IMG/VR virus record: IMGVR_UViG_3300022221_000010
Coordinates: 1 to 56,760 of that record
Strand: one strand, 5' to 3'
From: a virus
Lineage: Duplodnaviria; Caudoviricetes
Length of the DNA stretch: 56,760 nucleotides
Shown here: positions 26,599 through 36,986 of the stretch, one piece after another
Layout of the letters: the number at the start of each line of letters is the position of its first letter
Numbering within the stretch: the stretch's first letter is position 1
Position numbers and translations under genes: made by a program
The notes under the pieces: model-generated
What the model saw: only the letters and a program-made list of their open reading frames with translations
The model's database searches: none
What the model was told of the DNA's origin: nothing

Positions 26599-27129
26599 AT
26601 GGATTTAAATGATTTAGCAGAACAAATACACGCTTGGAACTGTCATATTGGTTGGTGGGATGATCCAGATCAATGTTTATTAACGAAAATACAATTGATA
26701 TCAACGGAAATTTCAGAAGCGACCGAAGGTGAACGCAAGAACTTAATGGATGACAAGATACCTACTCGAAAGATGGGTGAAGTCGAACTAGCAGATGCAC
26801 TTATTCGAACATTGGATTTGGGTGCGCGGTTGGACATGTTATTACCGGAGAGGGATGATGATATCGGTGGTTTCTGTTCACCTGAGAATAATATATATGT
26901 GCAACATTTTGGTATTGGTGTCCACATCACAAGATTTGGTATCGACTATTATGACGACGATCCGTTTTTACCGGAAACATATAGTGATCTAGTTCAATCA
27001 ATTATTTGTGTTGCGAAAAATCAAGGATACGATATCATTGGTGCTGCTCTTGAAAAGATGGAATATAATAAGATTCGATCTGATCATAAACGCGAAAATC
27101 GCGAAAAGGAAAACGGTAAAAAGGTTTAA
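26599..27129 (+). CDS. MazG-like NTP pyrophosphohydrolase
   Basis: TEISEATEGERK, EVELADALIR and EKMEYN motifs. Confidence 0.8.
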   Translation: MDLNDLAEQIHAWNCHIGWWDDPDQCLLTKIQLISTEISEATEGERKNLMDDKIPTRKMGEVELADALIRTLDLGARLDMLLPERDDDIGGFCSPENNIYVQHFGIGVHITRFGIDYYDDDPFLPETYSDLVQSIICVAKNQGYDIIGAALEKMEYNKIRSDHKRENREKENGKKV

Positions 27130-27591
27130 ATGAATTTAACCCCATTTAGGACATATATCAATGAACGCCAACAGGGAACATATGTTGGTGTTCATTATTC
27201 TCAACGTACTGAGGCATTGCTTCAAGAGTACATGACTTCTATTGGCTATCCGATTAACTTCCGGATACATACGACTGTTGCTTATAGTCGCACTCCCTTA
27301 ACAAATAATTATCAGGCTCTGGGTTATATTGCCGGTGGTGTGGCGATACCTAAAAAACTCGATATTTTAAGTGGTGCACTGGTTTTGATGATCGAATCTT
27401 CATATCTGGTTAAACGACATCACCAATTGAGGAATGAGCATGACGCCGCGTGGGATTATGACTCATACATTCCACATATCACACTGGCTTATGATTTTGA
27501 AGGTGATATTGATAATATTTCCATGGACGCATTTAAGACCATCGATTTTTCCATAATGGAAGAGTATTCTGAAGTATTGAATGATAATTAA
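27130..27591 (+). CDS. acb1: 2H phosphoesterase, Acb1/gp57B-like anti-CBASS nuclease
   Basis: GTYVG, two HxT motifs (IHTTVAYSR, YIPHITLAY), DYDSY as in T4 gp57B. Confidence 0.8.
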   Translation: MNLTPFRTYINERQQGTYVGVHYSQRTEALLQEYMTSIGYPINFRIHTTVAYSRTPLTNNYQALGYIAGGVAIPKKLDILSGALVLMIESSYLVKRHHQLRNEHDAAWDYDSYIPHITLAYDFEGDIDNISMDAFKTIDFSIMEEYSEVLNDN

Positions 27592-27643
27592 TACTTGACT
27601 CTATATCCAATTTGATATAATCTGTCTGTACATCAATTGAGAA

Positions 27644-27856
27644 ATGCAAATGAATGTACGTGATGAAAAGTGGTCGAAATATAGCGATGATGAATTAAAT
27701 TTCTTCTTATCATGCGCAAACGAAGAATTATTGATATTCAATCCTGATACTTTGTTGTGGGAATTTGAAAAACTTCCATCGGATCATTTCTCGCATGATG
27801 AACGAATGATCAAGAATGAATTGTCCATTCGTGCCGACCGTAAATTACTTAAATAG
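27644..27856 (+). CDS. hypothetical protein
   Basis: Downstream of a TTGACT..TATAAT promoter-like site. Confidence 0.55.
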   Translation: MQMNVRDEKWSKYSDDELNFFLSCANEELLIFNPDTLLWEFEKLPSDHFSHDERMIKNELSIRADRKLLK

Positions 27857-27868
27857 AGGATTTCTATT

Positions 27869-28180
27869 ATGTCAGAAGGTGTCTTAAAATTTGAACGTGT
27901 CGATTTAATGGAAGGCTACGAATCGAACCTCTATGTATATGAAGTTCGTGGTGATTTTATGTATGACATTGAAGTGATTCGTATTTGTAGATCATCCCGT
28001 TCTTCTAGTAAATGGGAAATCAAAGTTCGCGATAAATTCAGTAAATTCACATTGGTTAATTGGTCAGATAATTTTCCATCGCTTAAAGAAGCAAAGATGA
28101 AAGCAAATGCATCTCTCAATCCGAAATACAGATTTAAGCGCGATCTGGATGAGGCATTAGCCGCTTATAAAATGACTTAA
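27869..28180 (+). CDS. hypothetical protein
   Basis: GAGG RBS, 103 aa. Confidence 0.7.
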   Translation: MSEGVLKFERVDLMEGYESNLYVYEVRGDFMYDIEVIRICRSSRSSSKWEIKVRDKFSKFTLVNWSDNFPSLKEAKMKANASLNPKYRFKRDLDEALAAYKMT

Positions 28181-28482
28181 AAGTATCCTGTTACGTTAGT
28201 CGAAGATCGATTGACGTTCAAATATGAATTACCATGGCGAAGTAACACAGAATTCTCTTTCTTGTTCTGAGCAAAAAACGTTTTAATCCCGTTCGATAGT
28301 TCGGGATTTTTGTTTAAGTAAGTCTTCCAATGCTGACCTTTCGAACGAGCGTGGTAACATCCATCAAATGTTTTTTGATCACAATCAAAATATGATTTAC
28401 CAAATGCTTTCCCTTTCGGTCCCATAGTTGTTGGGACTGGTGCATTTGCGGTTGTCATTTCTTCATTCATTATTTTTCCCAT
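28177..28482 (-). CDS. hypothetical late protein
   Basis: Last gene of a minus-strand late cluster. Confidence 0.65.
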   Translation of the reverse strand: MGKIMNEEMTTANAPVPTTMGPKGKAFGKSYFDCDQKTFDGCYHARSKGQHWKTYLNKNPELSNGIKTFFAQNKKENSVLLRHGNSYLNVNRSSTNVTGYF

Positions 28483-29044
28483 AATGTTTAATATTTTCTA
28501 CTGTAAAAAATTCATCCAAACCTGTGATATGGTTCTTAGCCGAATAAATCTCCATACCCATGATGTTCCCAATCGGTGCTTTCTGTTCTCGAACGATTAG
28601 CATGGTGTTATCATCCAAGATATATTTATTTGGTGCTAAAAGGGTTGTCACGTTCTCCATTACATTTGGATATTCAATTTCAAGATTGTTTTTTTCAAGG
28701 CATTCAATCAAATATTGAAGACACAATTTAACATCACTTTCACCTAAATTATATTCTTCTTTGATTAGCCAAAGACCTGCTGCATATGAAGCCAGTTTAG
28801 TTTTACCGCCGGGTATTTTCCCCATTAGACGTTTCATATTTCGAACCACAATATGGAACATTGTCATATTCTTTTTTTCTTCGTCGGTCTTAGCATTCTT
28901 TAATTTTTTGCCATCGCCATCGATTAACCCCAGCTTGAATGCTTCCCATTCTGCAAATGGTTTAGTCATAAGTTGTAGGAATTTAATAGCGATAAAGGCA
29001 TTCAATGCCGAACCTTCAAATATTAAATTGTCTTGAAATCTCAT
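28463..29044 (-). CDS. conserved T4-like phage protein
   Basis: KPFAEWEAFKLGLIDGDG and LASYAAGLWLIKE motifs seen in T4-like phages near primase. Confidence 0.75.
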   Translation of the reverse strand: MRFQDNLIFEGSALNAFIAIKFLQLMTKPFAEWEAFKLGLIDGDGKKLKNAKTDEEKKNMTMFHIVVRNMKRLMGKIPGGKTKLASYAAGLWLIKEEYNLGESDVKLCLQYLIECLEKNNLEIEYPNVMENVTTLLAPNKYILDDNTMLIVREQKAPIGNIMGMEIYSAKNHITGLDEFFTVENIKHYGKNNE

Positions 29045-29367
29045 TATTTAACTAACCAGATATATCCCATTCCACTTTTGGAAACTTTGATGAATTGACC
29101 TTTTTTACTGTATATCGGTTTATCCTTATCCATACCGACCTTTTTCCATTTATTGACAATATCATCTACTATAGATGAAAAATCAAGTTCTCCATCACGA
29201 TCTTCCAAATCATGCAAATCCTTTCCGAAGTCTTGTTTGAACATTTTGGAAATTATTTTATATGATGGATGTTTTAATTGATCAGTCTCGGAAGGTTCAT
29301 AATTCCATCTTCCTGCATGACCGTCCACTAATTTAACTTCATTGATAAATTCAATGTACGATTTCAT
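29044..29367 (-). CDS. putative internal head protein
   Basis: MKSYIEFINE; minus-strand TATAAATA at 29399-29406. Confidence 0.7.
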   Translation of the reverse strand: MKSYIEFINEVKLVDGHAGRWNYEPSETDQLKHPSYKIISKMFKQDFGKDLHDLEDRDGELDFSSIVDDIVNKWKKVGMDKDKPIYSKKGQFIKVSKSGMGYIWLVK

Positions 29368-29401
29368 TGCACGATTACCTTATTTTTCGTTGTATCTATA
29401 T

Positions 29402-29779
29402 TTATAAATTGTGAAGTGCCGTGATTAGAGCGCCATCAGTTTTAATATTCTCTAAAGCCACTTCTGGTATGTGCTCTGGGAGTAGTTCTAAATATATTAA
29501 CACGGTTTTCAATGGTGAGTATACTTCTACATTGCAATAAAAAAATAACATTCTTGTGGTCGCGGTTGGACCAAACACATTATTCAGTATAATAATATGA
29601 TTTAATAACAATCTTTCTTTTATTTCGCCGGTCGATATATATTTTTTTAACAGTTTTTTGACATACACCAAAATTTTGATATCTTTGTTAAGTTCAGATA
29701 CACCAACTGGATCATTACTCTCGTAACATTTACTTGCGTAGAGTAGAAAATTGTTTTCGTTTAATTTAGAAAATAGCAT
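29402..29779 (-). CDS. conserved T4-like phage protein
   Basis: ERLLLNHIIILNNVFG motif; minus-strand TATAAATA at 29807-29814. Confidence 0.75.
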   Translation of the reverse strand: MLFSKLNENNFLLYASKCYESNDPVGVSELNKDIKILVYVKKLLKKYISTGEIKERLLLNHIIILNNVFGPTATTRMLFFYCNVEVYSPLKTVLIYLELLPEHIPEVALENIKTDGALITALHNL

Positions 29780-29838
29780 ATAAATAATTTTTTAATAGTT
29801 ATTTGATATTTATATTCAATAAATAATAGGAATATTCA

Positions 29839-30027
29839 ATGAGTTTGGTAGTAAAAAAGATCGTCGCGCAAATTGATAATGACAATAAAATAAAAACTAG
29901 TTTGTTATTAAAATGTGCTAGTTGTAAATCTGAAGTAATATCGGATAATGAATATTATGCTGAATGCAAAAAATGTGGTATGTTGCATATCCATATACCG
30001 AAAAAATTTAAATCAATTATTGAATGA
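29839..30027 (+). CDS. small Zn-ribbon protein
   Basis: CxxC...CxxC, overlaps the primase start. Confidence 0.6.
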   Translation: MSLVVKKIVAQIDNDNKIKTSLLLKCASCKSEVISDNEYYAECKKCGMLHIHIPKKFKSIIE

Positions 30028-31049
30028 GTATCTTCTTAGATAAAAAATATATAGCTGTTTTATCTTTCCATCTGGACAAATTCAGAAAGGTTGATAGTGA
30101 TCGATTTAATTTTCGGTGTCCGGTCTGTGGTGATAGTAAAAAGAGTTCAAGACTGGCGAGGGGTTGGATTTATCCTCATGATGAAAAACCCGAAATGTGG
30201 TTTAAATGCTGGAATTGTTCTATCTCCATGTCATTAAAATATTTTCTCAAATCTTATTTTAAAGATATCTACAAATCATATCTGGTTGAACAATTTGGTG
30301 ATAGGAATAAGCATAAAGAAATTGATGATTATGATTACACACCTGCAAGGAAAATGATTTTCACTGAAACATCTGTTGTCGATCAATTGGAAAAAATATC
30401 AGATTTAGATGAGAATCATAAAGCGGTCCAGTTATTAATCAAAAGAAAAATTCCGAAAAAGTTTTATTCATATTTTTATTACGCGAAGAATTTTAAATCG
30501 TGGGTGAATAGTTGGAATAAAGAGAAATTCGAAAATATTAAACATGATCATGATCGATTAGTTATAGCATATCGTGATAAGGATAAAAAATTAATTGCCA
30601 TTCAAGGTAGATCATTTAGCGATCAGGTATCGCCAAAATATTTAACTTTGAAGGTGGATGAAAGTGTAGATTATATTTTTGGATTAGATCGGGTTGATCC
30701 TTCTAAAAATGTGCAGATAGTGGAAGGTCCAATTGATTCCATGTTTCTACCTAATGCAATAGCTGTCGGATCGGCTGGCTTAAATAATCCCGGTTTTGAT
30801 GATGTGACATATATCTGGGATAATGAGCCGAGAAATGCGCAAATTATCAAACAAACAATAAACAAAATAATAAAAAATACCAATGAAAAATTTTGTATCT
30901 GGCAAAATACAAATAAATTGAAATTTAAAGATATAAATGATCTAGCCGAACACGAAAATTTGTCTCTGGAACAAATTCATGATTTAATAAATATCAATAC
31001 CTTTTCTGGTCTGAAAGCACTACATATAATTAACAATTGGAAAAAATAA
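30024..31049 (+). CDS. 61: DNA primase gp61
   Basis: FRCPVCGDS Zn finger, CWNC, VEGPIDSMF, WDNEPRN, KDIND. Confidence 0.95.
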   Translation: MSIFLDKKYIAVLSFHLDKFRKVDSDRFNFRCPVCGDSKKSSRLARGWIYPHDEKPEMWFKCWNCSISMSLKYFLKSYFKDIYKSYLVEQFGDRNKHKEIDDYDYTPARKMIFTETSVVDQLEKISDLDENHKAVQLLIKRKIPKKFYSYFYYAKNFKSWVNSWNKEKFENIKHDHDRLVIAYRDKDKKLIAIQGRSFSDQVSPKYLTLKVDESVDYIFGLDRVDPSKNVQIVEGPIDSMFLPNAIAVGSAGLNNPGFDDVTYIWDNEPRNAQIIKQTINKIIKNTNEKFCIWQNTNKLKFKDINDLAEHENLSLEQIHDLININTFSGLKALHIINNWKK

Positions 31050-32129
31050 ATGACAATTCTTGATACTAAGTTTTTAAATGATGACATTGGTAGCCGTAAA
31101 ATATTCTTTGGTGAATATTCTGGATTTCAACGATATGATGTTTACAAATATCGATTTGCTAAACAAATAGAATCAAGAATGAGAAATGCCTTCTGGAATC
31201 CAGAAGAAATAAGTTTAGTAACAGACAGAATTAAATATCCTGATCTACCGAAGCATATTCAAGAAATACTCACACAGAATTTATTGTTCCAAACGTTAAT
31301 GGACTCTGCACAATCTCGTGGGTTGGATACTGTTTTGTGTTCAATAACTACTAGCCCAGAATGGGAAGCTGTATTCCGCACTCAGGGATATTTCGAACAA
31401 ATTCATTCCCTATCATATTCTCACATCGTTAGGGAGATGTATCCGGATGCAACTGCTGTGTTTGATAAGATTGGTGACTATCCAGAAATACAACAGCGGA
31501 TTGATGAAGAAATCGAATCCTATGCGAATTGTTACGAGATTTCAAACCATATGGATACTAACATATCAAAGAAAATGATATTAGAATTATTAGTTCGAAT
31601 TTTTGCATTAGAAGGTATCAAATTTTATGTTAGTTTTTTGGTGACATATATGATCAATGATGCATATAAAAATTCAATCCAAGGGTTCACTCGCATTATT
31701 AAATTAATTAATTTTGATGAAGATATGCATGTTTCTGTTTTCGGTGGCCTACTAAATATTCTTGCAAAAAATGAGGATGAAGGATTTTCGGAAATAATGA
31801 AAAGTGATTGGTATCACAACATGGTCAAAAATATTTTCGATGATGTTGTTAAGAGTGAGATTGAATGGGGAAAATATTTAATGTCATTTGGTCATATCCC
31901 CGGTTTGACTTCTGGTGTATTAGAAGAATTTGTAAATTATTATGCAAATGATAGAATGAATAAATTAAATATTCTTTCTAATAAATTAAATCCGTCTGAT
32001 ACGGTGACGTGGTTTGAGACGTATAAAAATATTGACCTAGATAATGTTGCTGGACAAGAAAGTGAAGGTCTCGCATACAATGTTGGAATTATAAAAAACG
32101 ATGTACCTGAAGGCAAATTCGAAGTATGA
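31050..32129 (+). CDS. nrdB: ribonucleotide reductase class I beta subunit
   Basis: FWNPEE, EQIHSLSY, LEGIKFYVSF, DEDMH. Confidence 0.95.
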   Translation: MTILDTKFLNDDIGSRKIFFGEYSGFQRYDVYKYRFAKQIESRMRNAFWNPEEISLVTDRIKYPDLPKHIQEILTQNLLFQTLMDSAQSRGLDTVLCSITTSPEWEAVFRTQGYFEQIHSLSYSHIVREMYPDATAVFDKIGDYPEIQQRIDEEIESYANCYEISNHMDTNISKKMILELLVRIFALEGIKFYVSFLVTYMINDAYKNSIQGFTRIIKLINFDEDMHVSVFGGLLNILAKNEDEGFSEIMKSDWYHNMVKNIFDDVVKSEIEWGKYLMSFGHIPGLTSGVLEEFVNYYANDRMNKLNILSNKLNPSDTVTWFETYKNIDLDNVAGQESEGLAYNVGIIKNDVPEGKFEV

Positions 32130-34468
32130 AAAGAAATAAAATAACGCTAGACAATTTACAGACACAAATTAAAAAGGATAACGAAGTTGATTTAACACAG
32201 GAAGAATCAATCGCAGCATCCAATATCATCATCATTAAGCGCGATGGTAGAGAAGAACCATACAACATACGTAAAATGAAAAAAGTCGTTATGTGGGCGT
32301 GTGACGGTAACAAGTATTTTGCCGATGATTTATTTGCGTCAACTGAAATTAAGTTATATAACAAAATCAAAATCACGGATGTCTATGAAGAATTAATTCG
32401 CACTGCTGCATCAAAAATTTCTCTGATGTATCCACAATGGGAACACCATGCAGCTAGATTGTATTTGTTGCAGCTTTATAAAGAGGCATGGCATATTGAT
32501 AATGGTGATTATCCACCATTGACTGATGTGGTGTCAAAGGCTATTCAACATAATATATATTCTCGTGAGGTTTACGATTCTTATTCGAGTGAAGAATTAA
32601 ACGAACTTGATGGTAATATTGATCCTACTCGCGATCTGAAATTCACATATAAAGGTTTGGTGACATTCAATGACAAATATTGTTTGAACTACAGCAAAAC
32701 CAAAAAATTAGAATTACCTCAACATGTCTATTTGCGTGTCGCGATGTTTATTCATTGGAAGGAAAAATTAAATCGTATTGAAAAGATAATTGAAACATAT
32801 AACTATCTTTCGACGCACGCATACACGAACGGTACGCCTATTACACTGAATTCCGGTACAGGCAATGCACAGCTATCATCTTGCGTTTTAAACGCCATGG
32901 ATGACGATACAGTGAGTATTTTGGACACTAATAAGAACCTTGGAATATATAGTAAGTTTAAGGGTGGTACTGCACTCGATATCACTCGTTTGCGTGCGAA
33001 GGGTTCTTATATTACAGGAAATCAAGGTAACAGTTCTGGACCAGTTCCATTTTTAAAAATTGTTGAATCAACAATGAAAGCATTCAATCAGGGTGGTAAA
33101 AGACCGGGATCATGTTGCATATATTATCAATGGTGGCATATCGATTTTCATGATTTGATTGTTCTTAAATCGAATGGTGGTACAGAAGAATCCCGCGCAC
33201 GTGGATTAAAGTATGCCGTTAAAATAAATCAAATATTGATTGATCGATGGTTGCAAGATGAAGATGTTACGTTGTTTGATCCCAAGGATGTGCCAGATTT
33301 ATTTTCAGTAACGGGTGAAGCATTCGAAGAAAAATATCGCGAATACGAATCCAAATCATGGATAAGAAAAAAGAAAATTCCAGCACGAGATTTATTCTTT
33401 CAGATCATGAAAGAGCGCACCGAAACTGGGAATATATATTTGTTTCATGAAGAAAATGTAAATTCCCATAACATGACAAATCGTTATATCAACAGTTCCA
33501 ATTTATGTACCGAAATATTGGAACCGTCATTACCCTCTATGGTGATCGATGAAGAATTAATTGTTCGCGAATCTGGTGAACGACAAGTTCGTAAAAAATA
33601 TGTTGCTGGTGAAATCGCATTATGTAATTTATCTTCAATCAATCTAATGCATTATTACTATCTATCAGATCATGAGAAAGATGCTCTGATATATAACGTA
33701 GTTTCTGTGATGGATAATACAATTGATGTCGCTAATTATCCAGTGAAAGAGGGTATGAATTCAAATCAACTTTATCGTTATTTGGGAATTGGGGTCAGTA
33801 ACTTCACTAATTTATTAGCATCTGAAAAAATTGTGATCGATACACAAGAAGCATTGGAATTCACGCATGAATTATTTGATGATCTAAGTTATAGAATTTA
33901 TAGTACATCAAATATATTAGCCATGGAGCGTGGTGCGTTTGCAAAATTCAGTGAGACTCGATGGGCCGAAGGAATAACACCAGTTCATTTGGCTAATAAA
34001 TCAGCACTAGCATTAACTGAATATAAACCCGATATGGCCAAATGGGATGCACTCGGTGAACGAATTAAGCGCCATGGTATGCGCAATGCTTTATCTATGG
34101 CCATTGCACCAACTGCGACAAGCGGAAAGGCAATTAATGCAACTGAATCGATATTACCTGTCGTCAATTATTTGTACAAAGATGAGGGTACTAGAAATGT
34201 TGTATCACTGGTCCCGAATTTTCGTCAAAACAATATGTACTATAAAAAAGCATTTGATTGTGATCAATATAAATTAATAGAATTAGCTGGAATTAGACAA
34301 ATATATCTTGATCAGGCACAATCTATAGATACTTATTTCGAGAGACCAGATTCGTATAATGAATTGATGAAATTGCATATTTACGCATTTAATATTGGGG
34401 TCAAAACATTATATTATTTAAAACAATTAAAATCTTCCGATGTGGAAGAGTGTGAAAGTTGCACATAA
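32126..34468 (+). CDS. nrdA: ribonucleotide reductase class I alpha subunit
   Basis: ATP cone, LSSC, SNLCTEI, IAPTATS, KTLYY, C-terminal CESC. Confidence 0.97.
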   Translation: MKRNKITLDNLQTQIKKDNEVDLTQEESIAASNIIIIKRDGREEPYNIRKMKKVVMWACDGNKYFADDLFASTEIKLYNKIKITDVYEELIRTAASKISLMYPQWEHHAARLYLLQLYKEAWHIDNGDYPPLTDVVSKAIQHNIYSREVYDSYSSEELNELDGNIDPTRDLKFTYKGLVTFNDKYCLNYSKTKKLELPQHVYLRVAMFIHWKEKLNRIEKIIETYNYLSTHAYTNGTPITLNSGTGNAQLSSCVLNAMDDDTVSILDTNKNLGIYSKFKGGTALDITRLRAKGSYITGNQGNSSGPVPFLKIVESTMKAFNQGGKRPGSCCIYYQWWHIDFHDLIVLKSNGGTEESRARGLKYAVKINQILIDRWLQDEDVTLFDPKDVPDLFSVTGEAFEEKYREYESKSWIRKKKIPARDLFFQIMKERTETGNIYLFHEENVNSHNMTNRYINSSNLCTEILEPSLPSMVIDEELIVRESGERQVRKKYVAGEIALCNLSSINLMHYYYLSDHEKDALIYNVVSVMDNTIDVANYPVKEGMNSNQLYRYLGIGVSNFTNLLASEKIVIDTQEALEFTHELFDDLSYRIYSTSNILAMERGAFAKFSETRWAEGITPVHLANKSALALTEYKPDMAKWDALGERIKRHGMRNALSMAIAPTATSGKAINATESILPVVNYLYKDEGTRNVVSLVPNFRQNNMYYKKAFDCDQYKLIELAGIRQIYLDQAQSIDTYFERPDSYNELMKLHIYAFNIGVKTLYYLKQLKSSDVEECESCT

Positions 34469-34491
34469 AAGAAAAACGAGCATAAAAAAAT

Positions 34492-36018
34492 ATGAGTAGA
34501 AAAAAAAGACCTATGCATTGCGGTAAAAAAATGCAGCTTAATGGAAAAGACGAAAGGGGAAATCAAAGATTTAAATGTTCAGTCTGTAAAACTAAATCAA
34601 AAAAAGCATTATTGAAAGAATCTGAACCTGATATTTCAACAGAATATCTACAGTCATTGAAAGAAGAAAAATCTGTAAAATATGTAATTACCGCTGCACA
34701 AAATAATACCAAAATACACAAGGGATTTGTTGACAATCTAAAAAAATATTGCGCACATCACGATGCTAAATTGATAGTTGTTCCGATTCATTACAAAAAT
34801 ATTTCACTATTCACAGCTTCAGATGAATATAAAAAATGGTGGGATCGTGATATTGAAAATTACTTAGTGGATAATAAATTATCATTGGGTGGGAATGTAA
34901 TGATTCGACCTGAAAAAATTAGTGCGACCGCTGTCAATCCTTTATCTGGATTGGAAGGTATTGGTGCAAGTAGTTGGACAATTTATGGCCACACACAACA
35001 GGCAATGAATCCGGTTGCTACGCCGGGTGGTAAAAAGCCTAAACGAATGTACACAACTGGCGCATGTACTATTAAAAATTATAGTCGAACTAAAGATGGT
35101 GCGAAGGCTGAATTCAATCATGTCATTGGTGCATTGGTTGTTGAAGTTTATAAGGGTCATGCATTCATACGTCAATTGAATGCGCATAGTAATGGAAATT
35201 TCTATGATCTGGATACTCATTATACAACTGAAAAAATCATTCCCAATCAACCAATCGTTGCATTAACGACTGGTGATGAGCATGTTAAATTTATGGCTCC
35301 GAATGTTAAGGTTGCGACATATACGGGTGATGAATCTATTGTTAAAACATTGAAGCCAAAATTCATAGTCAGACATGATGTGTTAGATGGATATGCGGGA
35401 TCACATCACCATTGGAACAATGATCTAATTCAATTTAAGAAATTCCATCAAGGTAATAATGATTATCGAAGAGAGTTGGATGAAGTGGTGCGACATATCA
35501 ATGATACTACTCCAAAAGGTTCGACAAATCTTATTGTACCGAGTAATCATAATGATCATTTAAACCGCTGGTTGCGCGAGGTTGACCCTAAAAAAGACCC
35601 AACTAATGCATTGATTGCTTACGAACTTTTATATGAACAATATAAAAATGTTCTGAGTGACAAAACAACCGATCCTTTGGAAATTTATATATCTAAATAT
35701 CTGAAATGTGCATATAAATTTCTTGATCGAAATACACCATTTTTATTGAACGGTATTGATTATTCACAGCATGGTGATGTCGGTACTAATGGTAGTCGTG
35801 GTAGTGCGCGTGCATTATCTAAGACCACCTACAAAATGGTTATCGGCCACACTCATAGTGCTCGAATTGAGAAGGGTGTATATCAAGTAGGTAAATCTAC
35901 TGCGCGTCTCGAATATGAACGCGGTCTGGGTGATCATACGAATACCCATTGCATTCAATATGCTAACGGTAAACGTTCGTTGATCGACATTTATGGTAAT
36001 GATTGGAAAGCGAAATGA
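34492..36018 (+). CDS. T5 A1-like metallophosphoesterase/nuclease with N-terminal Zn ribbon
   Basis: YVITAAQNNT, TTGACT, GDEH, HDVLDG, SNHNDH, HGD and GHTHS motifs. Confidence 0.7.
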   Translation: MSRKKRPMHCGKKMQLNGKDERGNQRFKCSVCKTKSKKALLKESEPDISTEYLQSLKEEKSVKYVITAAQNNTKIHKGFVDNLKKYCAHHDAKLIVVPIHYKNISLFTASDEYKKWWDRDIENYLVDNKLSLGGNVMIRPEKISATAVNPLSGLEGIGASSWTIYGHTQQAMNPVATPGGKKPKRMYTTGACTIKNYSRTKDGAKAEFNHVIGALVVEVYKGHAFIRQLNAHSNGNFYDLDTHYTTEKIIPNQPIVALTTGDEHVKFMAPNVKVATYTGDESIVKTLKPKFIVRHDVLDGYAGSHHHWNNDLIQFKKFHQGNNDYRRELDEVVRHINDTTPKGSTNLIVPSNHNDHLNRWLREVDPKKDPTNALIAYELLYEQYKNVLSDKTTDPLEIYISKYLKCAYKFLDRNTPFLLNGIDYSQHGDVGTNGSRGSARALSKTTYKMVIGHTHSARIEKGVYQVGKSTARLEYERGLGDHTNTHCIQYANGKRSLIDIYGNDWKAK

Positions 36019-36218
36019 CAATATATGCATATAACGAATACGATGAGACAGGTGGTCATATCGTTGAAATTTCGGATACTCAGATTATAAAGGATTATTT
36101 TCCTGCATGGTCTCATAAAATGCGAGAGTGTGGGAAGGAGAATGAAATATCACATGAAAATTGTATCGAAGATTTTTGTGTAATTAATTGGGCGTGGGAA
36201 GAATCCGACGATGAGTGA
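36015..36218 (+). CDS. hypothetical protein
   Basis: ATGA-coupled; CIEDFCVINWAW. Confidence 0.65.
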   Translation: MTIYAYNEYDETGGHIVEISDTQIIKDYFPAWSHKMRECGKENEISHENCIEDFCVINWAWEESDDE

Positions 36219-36822
36219 ACCAACAAAAAACATAATTTCCACAATCAATTATAATCAGGAAGACATTATTTTAGATATAATAAATCTTCACATTCCGAGT
36301 AAAACCATTGATATTGATCCAACTTTTTCGAAAGGGAATTTTTATAAATCTGGAAAAATTCCCTCTCCAACGTTGAAATTCGATTTATTTCCTCAAACAA
36401 ATGAAACGATAGCATCAGATGCAGCTAATTTACCTATTGGTGGAGAAAGTGTTAATTCTATTATGTTTGATCCACCATTTATAGTTGGACATACACAAAA
36501 AACTACTGGAATAATTGCCACAAGATTTAATTCTTTTCGTTATATTCAAGATTTATGGGAATGGTATGATAGATGCTTAATAGAATTTTATCGTATTCTT
36601 AAAAAGAATGGTGTATTAATATTCAAATGTCAAGATACTGTTAGTTCTGGTAAACAATGGTTGAGTCACGTTCATATTATTAACGAAGCTGAAAAACTTG
36701 GATTTTATTCTAAAGATATCTTCATACTTTTAGCAAAAAATAGAATAATTGGTCATAACCATCGGAATCAAAAGCATGGAAGAAAATTTCATTCATATTT
36801 TTTAGTTTTTGAAAAACACTAA
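36211..36822 (+). CDS. DNA methyltransferase (amino-MTase type)
   Basis: DPTFSKG SAM-binding region, MFDPPF catalytic motif, RILKKNG. Confidence 0.85.
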   Translation: MSEPTKNIISTINYNQEDIILDIINLHIPSKTIDIDPTFSKGNFYKSGKIPSPTLKFDLFPQTNETIASDAANLPIGGESVNSIMFDPPFIVGHTQKTTGIIATRFNSFRYIQDLWEWYDRCLIEFYRILKKNGVLIFKCQDTVSSGKQWLSHVHIINEAEKLGFYSKDIFILLAKNRIIGHNHRNQKHGRKFHSYFLVFEKH

Positions 36823-36839
36823 TATAGAGAATTAACATT

Positions 36840-36986
36840 ATGACAAATAGAATAAGAGTAGCCTGTAACGAATGTATATCTGAATTTATAATCGATTCTG
36901 AAATGGACGCTAAATATCACATAACCCATTGTGTATTTTGCGGATCAGAAGAAATCGAACATGAAGAATTGGATTTATCAGAATGA
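36840..36986 (+). CDS. small Zn-ribbon protein (48 aa)
   Basis: MTNRIRVACNEC...HCVFCGSE..., read by eye. Confidence 0.6.
   Translation: MTNRIRVACNECISEFIIDSEMDAKYHITHCVFCGSEEIEHEELDLSE

Noticed and set aside
31050-34468. Introns or inteins in nrdB/nrdA
   Set aside because: Both frames are continuous and of normal length with no intein motifs seen
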